Shown here piece after piece: positions 58,407-64,000 of a stretch of 64,000 nt of DNA (position 1 is the first letter of the stretch; every line of letters begins with the position of its first letter). Position numbers and translations under genes: made by a program. The notes beneath the pieces were generated by a model. That model did not search any database. It saw only the letters and a program-made list of their open reading frames with translations, and was not told the origin of the DNA. The stretch is from IMG/VR virus record IMGVR_UViG_3300009110_000335. The stretch is one strand, 5' to 3'. This DNA comes from a virus.

Positions 58407-59302
58407 TAAATAGTATTGGTAAAAAGTGTGGTTACTGCGGTAAAGATAACCCGATACAAGCTCAACATGAAGTGATCTGTGGTGGCTGTGGTGTTGTAAT
58501 AGGAACTATAGATGCAGATATGTCAGCAGAGTTCAACAGTGATATAAACAATAAACGAACTGGGGCTGCATCAACATTAACATTGCATGATAGAGGACTT
58601 TCAACTACAATGGAATCGGCTAACAAAGACTACACAGGTAAATCATTAAACACTCAGAATCGTACAACTATGAAAAGATTGAGGGTTTGGAATAGTAGAA
58701 GTATACAACATAAAAACGACTCAAGAAACCTCAGTATTGCATTACGTGCAATCAATAACATAATTGACAAAACCTCACTTCCTGAAAATGTAGGTGAACA
58801 TTCTGCATTGATATACAGACGAGCACTTGAAAAGAAATTAATTCGAGGAAGATCCGTCGGCATGCTTGCAGTATCATGTGTATATGCAGCATGCAGGGAA
58901 CTTGGTATACATAGGACTCTGAAAGAAATGGCTATTGTGTCAGATGTTAAAAGAAAAGATATTGCAAGATGTTTCAGATTAATATCACGTGAACTTGAAT
59001 TACAACCAATGGTGGTGTCACCAGAATCATGTGTGACAAAGGTCGCTTCATTATGTAATGTCAACTCAAAGGTTAGTTCTATGGCTGTTAAATTAATACG
59101 AATGGCTCATGAGAATGAATCTACCGCAGGAAAGGATCCTGTCGGTTTAGCAGCAGCAGCGATCTACCTAGCAGCAGTTCATAACAATGTAAACATCACA
59201 CAACGTAACATTGCTCTTAGGGCAGAAATAACTGAAGTGACAATACGTAATCGTGCAAAAGGACTAAGAGAGATGCTAAATGAAAAAGGCAAAACTAGAT
59301 AA
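58403..59302 (+). CDS. tfb: Archaeal transcription initiation factor IIB (TFB)
   Basis: Zn ribbon CGYC...CGGCG, B-reader LHDRGLST and linker RLRVWNSR. Two cyclin folds (LIRGRS..ML...VYAACR; GKDPVGLAAAAIYLA) and the HTH TQRNIA..AEITEVTIRNR. Closest in style to thaumarchaeal TFBs. Confidence 0.95.
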   Translation: MINSIGKKCGYCGKDNPIQAQHEVICGGCGVVIGTIDADMSAEFNSDINNKRTGAASTLTLHDRGLSTTMESANKDYTGKSLNTQNRTTMKRLRVWNSRSIQHKNDSRNLSIALRAINNIIDKTSLPENVGEHSALIYRRALEKKLIRGRSVGMLAVSCVYAACRELGIHRTLKEMAIVSDVKRKDIARCFRLISRELELQPMVVSPESCVTKVASLCNVNSKVSSMAVKLIRMAHENESTAGKDPVGLAAAAIYLAAVHNNVNITQRNIALRAEITEVTIRNRAKGLREMLNEKGKTR

Positions 59303-59897
59303 AGAACAATGGCTTGCAGCATACCAACAACTTGAAAAGCATGGCTTCATAACACATGTGTTTGATCCTGAAAGGAATGATATGAAAACAAAGACAACAA
59401 AAGCTGGTTTGGATGTGTATAAGGGTGTACTAGCCCTGTATAATATGGAGAGTTTTTTGGATGGTCCGAAACTTGAAAAAACAGAATTTAATGAAGAACA
59501 ATTGAATACATTAGGTCTTGAATTAGTAAAGGAAGGATTAATGTCAAAATACTATGACAGTGATACGTCAGAAGATAAATTTGCCTTGACACATAAAGGA
59601 TGGGAATTGATGACAGTGTATTCGGAATGCCTTAACAAGAATATTGTATCTACAAAATCACAGATGCCAAGTGATAAAGGTGTAAAACTCGCAAGAGGTA
59701 TAATGGGATTCATGAAGGCAATGAATAAGGCTGGAAAGATGGCTCAGAAATTTGAAAAGGCTAGCGGTGGATCACCACGAATGGGTGTGACAAACATATT
59801 CGGAACTGAAAAGAAAGTAACTACTAAACGTAAAAAAACTAAACCAAAGTCTAAATATAAATACAGTAAATACAAAGGTGGTAAATCATGGGTATAA
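59280..59897 (+). CDS. Protein with two winged-helix-like repeats and basic tail
   Basis: QLEKHGFI...TTKAGLD and ELVKEGLM...LTHKGWE repeats. Confidence 0.55.
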   Translation: MKKAKLDKEQWLAAYQQLEKHGFITHVFDPERNDMKTKTTKAGLDVYKGVLALYNMESFLDGPKLEKTEFNEEQLNTLGLELVKEGLMSKYYDSDTSEDKFALTHKGWELMTVYSECLNKNIVSTKSQMPSDKGVKLARGIMGFMKAMNKAGKMAQKFEKASGGSPRMGVTNIFGTEKKVTTKRKKTKPKSKYKYSKYKGGKSWV

Positions 59898-60316
59898 GAG
59901 ATATTTTCCGTAAGAAAAATCAAGACTCATACTATTACTGCATAGCAGACGCACATGGGCTACACACGTTTATTCCATATGATAAGTATGTGAACAATTC
60001 TGATGTGTTTGAACAGATTGTAAATGATAATAGAATAAGACATGCGATATCATTCGGTCTTGTGTTAAATAAAACTGAGATAGATAAGATTGAACTATTA
60101 GTATCAAAGGGATATAGTGTAGAAGCCTTACTGACAATAAAGAAATCATATGATTCGATGAATGGTATAGGTGACCCAGAGGAATTAAACTTCATAAGTT
60201 TCCCACCCAAAGTCAAAGACGAGTATTTGGAATCATTTAAACTGATACCAAATCATGGACTGGATCCACACTATACTAACTTAAACGTTAAAACAGATGA
60301 ACAAAAACCTACATAA
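59888..60316 (+). CDS. Hypothetical protein
   Basis: 142-aa ORF. Confidence 0.6.
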   Translation: MGIRDIFRKKNQDSYYYCIADAHGLHTFIPYDKYVNNSDVFEQIVNDNRIRHAISFGLVLNKTEIDKIELLVSKGYSVEALLTIKKSYDSMNGIGDPEELNFISFPPKVKDEYLESFKLIPNHGLDPHYTNLNVKTDEQKPT

Positions 60317-60353
60317 GCAAGTAATTATATCGTTCAGTATTGGAGGTGAATGA

Positions 60354-60614
60354 ATGAGTATAGTTGAACAATTAATGGCTGAAAAACAAAATCTAGAAGC
60401 ACAGTTACAACACATACAAGGCAAACTTGCAAAGGTAATCGAGACTATTAATACATATCAAGGTGAAGAAGCACCAGCACAACAATCATACAACGAACCA
60501 CCACAACAGGCAATAACTCCTGATGAGGTTATACAACCAGAACAAGTAACACCAGAATCAGCAGTGCCAGAATCAGTAACTGATGACTTCTTAGATCAAA
60601 TAAGACAGGGATAA
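60354..60614 (+). CDS. Acidic coiled-coil protein
   Basis: N-terminal heptads and a Q/P/E-rich tail; SD GGAGGTGA. Confidence 0.7.
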   Translation: MSIVEQLMAEKQNLEAQLQHIQGKLAKVIETINTYQGEEAPAQQSYNEPPQQAITPDEVIQPEQVTPESAVPESVTDDFLDQIRQG

Positions 60615-60616
60615 AA

Positions 60617-61261
60617 GTGGAAAACAAATACGTCCGTTTCAATTTCAATGAGATGAAAGAGGCGTTAATTGTTGGTACCGTAATGACCGGAATTTTACTC
60701 CCTGTTAGACTCGTTTTTTATAATTTTGTCTCAGACAACTGGTTTGGTAGTTTGGGACTAATCTCACTTATTACAGCCTTGATGATATTTGCCGTAAAGA
60801 AAGGCTGGTTAGGAAAGTTCGGTGTTATATTTGAACGCCAGATGTATAAGATACATCACGGTAAGCGTAGAATAATTGCCTATGGCATGATCGCATTCTG
60901 GTCTATAGGATTCTTTGGAATATGCATGGCAATAGAACAAGGTAATACAACATATGTTTACCAAAAAGAATTAATCCTTGCAGAATTAGGAATGACAGAA
61001 GAGTCATCACCTGAAGACTTTAGAGACGCAATGGACGAATTAGAGAATCCAAGTGTTAGTGATATGGCAGAGTCATCTGCAGATCTTATGTATCTACTAC
61101 TGTTTGACTTTGGGGCGTTTGCTGCATTCATTGCCACGGTTGATCATCTTGTAGGTGGATGGTATCTACACTTTGCAACAGTATTCCTAGTAGAAAATCT
61201 AGAGGTTATTGGTGTACTAATATTCTATAAATTAACAATGAAGGAGATACCAAAACCTTAG
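60617..61261 (+). CDS. Multi-pass membrane protein
   Basis: About 5 hydrophobic segments. Confidence 0.7.
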   Translation: MENKYVRFNFNEMKEALIVGTVMTGILLPVRLVFYNFVSDNWFGSLGLISLITALMIFAVKKGWLGKFGVIFERQMYKIHHGKRRIIAYGMIAFWSIGFFGICMAIEQGNTTYVYQKELILAELGMTEESSPEDFRDAMDELENPSVSDMAESSADLMYLLLFDFGAFAAFIATVDHLVGGWYLHFATVFLVENLEVIGVLIFYKLTMKEIPKP

Positions 61262-61290
61262 TCCTTTATTTTTTCACAGGTGTAATTATA

Positions 61291-61878
61291 ATGTTTGATC
61301 CAAAAATACTAGATAACAATACAGCAAAGGCATTGAAGAGTTTGCCAATAGAAAAAATCAATGAAGACGCATTAGATAGCTTTTATCATAATGTGGATAA
61401 ATTTGGTGTTAATGCAACTACTTCTGGTGATATGTGCCCAGAGCCAATATTATTCATGTTAAAGACTGAGAATGATATTGCAAACATTGTTTCTGTACCA
61501 CTAACAAAAGAACTATGTCATGAGAATGACATTAAGGCAGTGGATCAAGATATGCCATCTTCAATAGAATTAAGTATGAAACTAGTAGGAAAGTTTCTAC
61601 CACAGGCATTCGCATTATTATTCACTTGCCATGTAGATGAGTATCTTCGTGATACATTAAAAATTGAAGAAAAGTATGACGGCGCTTTATACCTATATGG
61701 ATCAAGATATGATAAATCTGATATATTTGAAAAGACATACCTAGGTGAAATCGATATAGATAATACCAATATGATTAAAAAATGGAATCTTGAGGAGACT
61801 GATAAAAGAGTGACCCCGATTTATGATATGATTAAAAACTGTGTACAAGGTAAAAAAGCCGAAGGAGGTAAACAATGA
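61291..61878 (+). CDS. Hypothetical protein
   Basis: 195-aa ORF after a class-2 motif. Confidence 0.65.
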   Translation: MFDPKILDNNTAKALKSLPIEKINEDALDSFYHNVDKFGVNATTSGDMCPEPILFMLKTENDIANIVSVPLTKELCHENDIKAVDQDMPSSIELSMKLVGKFLPQAFALLFTCHVDEYLRDTLKIEEKYDGALYLYGSRYDKSDIFEKTYLGEIDIDNTNMIKKWNLEETDKRVTPIYDMIKNCVQGKKAEGGKQ

Positions 61879-62084
61879 TGTTTGAAATGTGTACCTGTGG
61901 ACACTTTGGTGGAGAATCCCCAAATAGTATTCATGAAGATAAAATACAAAATGGGCATGGAAGATGTTGTGATTGTGAATGTAAACAATTCACATGGAAA
62001 TATTTCTGTGACGAATATGGAAAAGAATTACCAACTGAAAAAGTTAAAGAGATGGTAGCAGAAGCGGAGAAAAATAGACCATGA
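61875..62084 (+). CDS. Cys/His-rich metal-binding microprotein
   Basis: CTCGH...H...GHGRCCDCECKQF motif. Confidence 0.7.
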   Translation: MMFEMCTCGHFGGESPNSIHEDKIQNGHGRCCDCECKQFTWKYFCDEYGKELPTEKVKEMVAEAEKNRP

Positions 62085-62275
62085 TAAAAGAAAAAGAAAT
62101 TGAAGAAGCATTGATAAAAGCCTGTGGAGATGACATAAATCTAACAAACGCATGTTTGGAGATACTACATCTTGAAAGAGACGCCGAAAAGGAAAAGATG
62201 CCAGAAGATGAAAGACTTGCTAAAGTGAGAAAAATACTGGAGGATAAGGTAGATGAATCAGAGAGAAATAATTGA
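62081..62275 (+). CDS. Hypothetical protein
   Basis: 64-aa ORF with an ATGA overlap. Confidence 0.55.
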   Translation: MIKEKEIEEALIKACGDDINLTNACLEILHLERDAEKEKMPEDERLAKVRKILEDKVDESERNN

Positions 62276-62495
62276 GAATATGTTCAACACTGCATGTGTT
62301 ATAATAAAAAAGTCGAAGGACTATAATTTTGATACCGTGGAAAATATGAATGATACAACAAAGTCTATGATATACGACCAGTTAGAAAGTACATCAAAAC
62401 TACCAAGATCTACTATCAGACGTATTGTTAATCAATATATCAAAAGAGAGAATGTGACAGACCTTGTTAATGAACTAGCGGAGAATATGAAATGA
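62253..62495 (+). CDS. Putative HTH protein
   Basis: LESTSKLPRSTIRRIV is HTH-like. Confidence 0.45.
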   Translation: MNQREIIENMFNTACVIIKKSKDYNFDTVENMNDTTKSMIYDQLESTSKLPRSTIRRIVNQYIKRENVTDLVNELAENMK

Positions 62496-62782
62496 CATTA
62501 AAAGAACAGAAAAGAGATTATCGCCAAAAGAACAGAGAAAAATTAAAAGAACAGAAAAGAGATTATCGCCAAAAGAACAGAGAAAAATTAAAAGAAAAGA
62601 GAAGAGAATATTACCAAAAGAACCCTGAAAGGATAAAAGAACGACAAAGAAAGTATAACCAAAAGAACAGAGAAAAATTAAAAGAACGACAAAGAAAGTA
62701 TAACCAAAAGAACAAAGAAAGAATAAGAAAACAGAAAAGAGAGAATTACCAGAAGAATAAAGAAAAATTAAAAGAGGAGTAA
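62492..62782 (+). CDS. Basic 15-aa repeat protein (KEQKRDYRQKNREKL)x~6
   Basis: 45-nt tandem repeat; the first two units are identical (starts 62497 and 62542). Confidence 0.7.
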   Translation: MTLKEQKRDYRQKNREKLKEQKRDYRQKNREKLKEKRREYYQKNPERIKERQRKYNQKNREKLKERQRKYNQKNKERIRKQKRENYQKNKEKLKEE

Positions 62783-62788
62783 AAAGAA

Positions 62789-63172
62789 ATGACTAGAAAA
62801 ATACATCATATAGAAATAGCACAAGAGATGCAACTCAAAGCCTCACAAGATGCTCATAATATGTTATATGAAAATAAGTGGAGAAATAGAGAAGATGACC
62901 TCTTGAAAGCTGGCACTGGAACTATGTGCTTTAATGATGATAATGAATTTGCATTTCAAGTTGAAGGGTTTAAGGTATCTGGTGGAAAAAAACACGCAGT
63001 GATAGTGTACTTTGAATCAGATAAAATATGGTTAAGATATGGAATACTACCAATGCCAAAAAGATATGAAGATGTGGTTGATGTTAAAATTGATAAAGAA
63101 TACAGCTACAAAGAAATTTTCAAATTTCAACAAGAGTTCACAAAAATTATTGAGAAGGGAAAATCGAAATGA
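62789..63172 (+). CDS. Hypothetical protein
   Basis: 127-aa ORF. Confidence 0.6.
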   Translation: MTRKIHHIEIAQEMQLKASQDAHNMLYENKWRNREDDLLKAGTGTMCFNDDNEFAFQVEGFKVSGGKKHAVIVYFESDKIWLRYGILPMPKRYEDVVDVKIDKEYSYKEIFKFQQEFTKIIEKGKSK

Positions 63173-63423
63173 AAGCGGTAAAGTCATGTTTTGGAGTGGA
63201 ACTAGAACGTTTCTCAAAAGATAGAGAGGAATGTATTTTATTAGTAGGATCTAAAGATGATATAAGAGGATATGCTAAAGAAAATAATATAAAATTAACA
63301 GAAAAGCAAATTGATGATATTATGAATAGAATGTATCATAAATGTGATAATTTTGTAATGGAAGGATTTTGGGAGTGTTTATACGCTTGTGTTGATGAAC
63401 TTGTTGATGAGGAATCTAAATGA
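63169..63423 (+). CDS. Hypothetical protein
   Basis: 84-aa ORF ending EESK. Confidence 0.6.
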   Translation: MKAVKSCFGVELERFSKDREECILLVGSKDDIRGYAKENNIKLTEKQIDDIMNRMYHKCDNFVMEGFWECLYACVDELVDEESK

Positions 63424-63602
63424 CTGAATGGGAATGCCCTATATGTCATGAGATGACTGATATGCGTCCAGCATTAAGCAGGAGAGATAATGAGACAAAT
63501 ATCTGCAGTGAATGTGGAACTAAAGAAGCATTAGAGGATTATTTAGAATCAAAAGATATGCATTGTCCAACATGTAAATGTGAAGAGGAGGAATCGAAAT
63601 GA
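63420..63602 (+). CDS. Zn-finger microprotein
   Basis: CPIC...PALSRRDNETNICSECG..EA is a common phage motif; the ORF ends EESK. Confidence 0.7.
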   Translation: MTEWECPICHEMTDMRPALSRRDNETNICSECGTKEALEDYLESKDMHCPTCKCEEEESK

Positions 63603-63757
63603 CATATTATGTAGAATGGGGTAACAACCCGCCGACAACTGGATTCTTTGAAACAGAAGATATGGATGAAGCAAAACAGTTAGCAAAAGATAATGACGGT
63701 AAAGTGTTTTTAGATGATGAGCAGGTATATCCTGAACCTATGGAGGAATCGAAATGA
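63599..63757 (+). CDS. 52-aa acidic hypothetical protein
   Basis: MTYYVEWGNNPPTTGFFETED...EESK; translated by hand, with ATGA overlaps. Confidence 0.6.
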   Translation: MTYYVEWGNNPPTTGFFETEDMDEAKQLAKDNDGKVFLDDEQVYPEPMEESK

Positions 63758-64000
63758 AAGCGAAAACATGGTATAGGTGTAAATGCCCATGCAGAGAACT
63801 GTATACAATTGCAGAAGCAAATATACAGTATCAAAGTGCGTTGGAACAATGGAACTACCATGAACCTCAAGATATGTTCTGGGGTGGAAAAAGAAATCAT
63901 TCCTTTTGGGAAGGTGGATTCAAAGAATATCTGCACAATGAGTATACAAAAACAACTAGAAAATTCTCAAAGAAATACTTGGATATGATGAGACCGGTGG
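63754..64000 (+). CDS. Hypothetical protein (3'-truncated)
   Basis: MKAKTWYRCKCPCRE..., open to the end of the window. Confidence 0.55.
   Translation, partial: MKAKTWYRCKCPCRELYTIAEANIQYQSALEQWNYHEPQDMFWGGKRNHSFWEGGFKEYLHNEYTKTTRKFSKKYLDMMRPV

Noticed and set aside
62492-62782. HNH/GIY-YIG homing endonuclease
   Set aside because: Only the basic helical repeat typical of such proteins' N-termini is present; there is no nuclease motif.
292-64000. Numerous minus-strand and off-frame ORFs in the six-frame track (e.g. 19170-19793, 33063-33713, 41319-41975, 57713-58252)
   Set aside because: They are shadows of long + strand genes, with Ser/Phe/Leu-rich antisense composition and no motifs.
1-64000. 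Integrase, att sites, terminase, portal, major capsid, DNA polymerase, rRNA or tRNA genes
   Set aside because: I recognised no diagnostic motifs in this window. They may lie outside it, so viral status and virion type remain inferences.

Overview
This window is gene-dense, AT-rich and almost entirely + strand. It is most consistent with part of a large (>64 kb) virus or provirus of ammonia-oxidising archaea (Nitrososphaeria/Thaumarchaeota): it encodes a thaumarchaeal-type TFB, has archaeal TATA-like promoters about 24 nt upstream of start codons, and carries FN3, HYR and SpoIIM proteins. I recognised no capsid, portal, terminase, polymerase or integrase gene, so virion type is unresolved. Layout: 1-7.1 kb, membrane and surface proteins; 7.1-11.2 kb, Zn-finger microproteins, a Mom-like and a C5-MTase-like DNA modification gene, a 36-nt-period guide array and a CC1-like chromatin protein; 11.2-37.5 kb, large low-complexity putative virion proteins ending in a 5281-aa giant with SLOG and macro-like domains; 37.5-38.6 kb, a small leftward operon and an inverted-repeat control region; 38.6-64 kb, early/accessory genes (SLOG, macro-like, MoxR-VWA, TFB, many small ORFs). 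The standout is an apparent TIGR-Tas-type RNA-guided system. A Nop-domain (IS110-like) protein without a RuvC domain and with a Zn-ribbon insertion (48017-48988) is followed by a 7-unit dual-spacer array of 36-nt period (49156-49400). A second, orphan array with the same repeat grammar lies about 40 kb away (9177-9320). All domain calls come from recognising motifs by eye, not from database searches.
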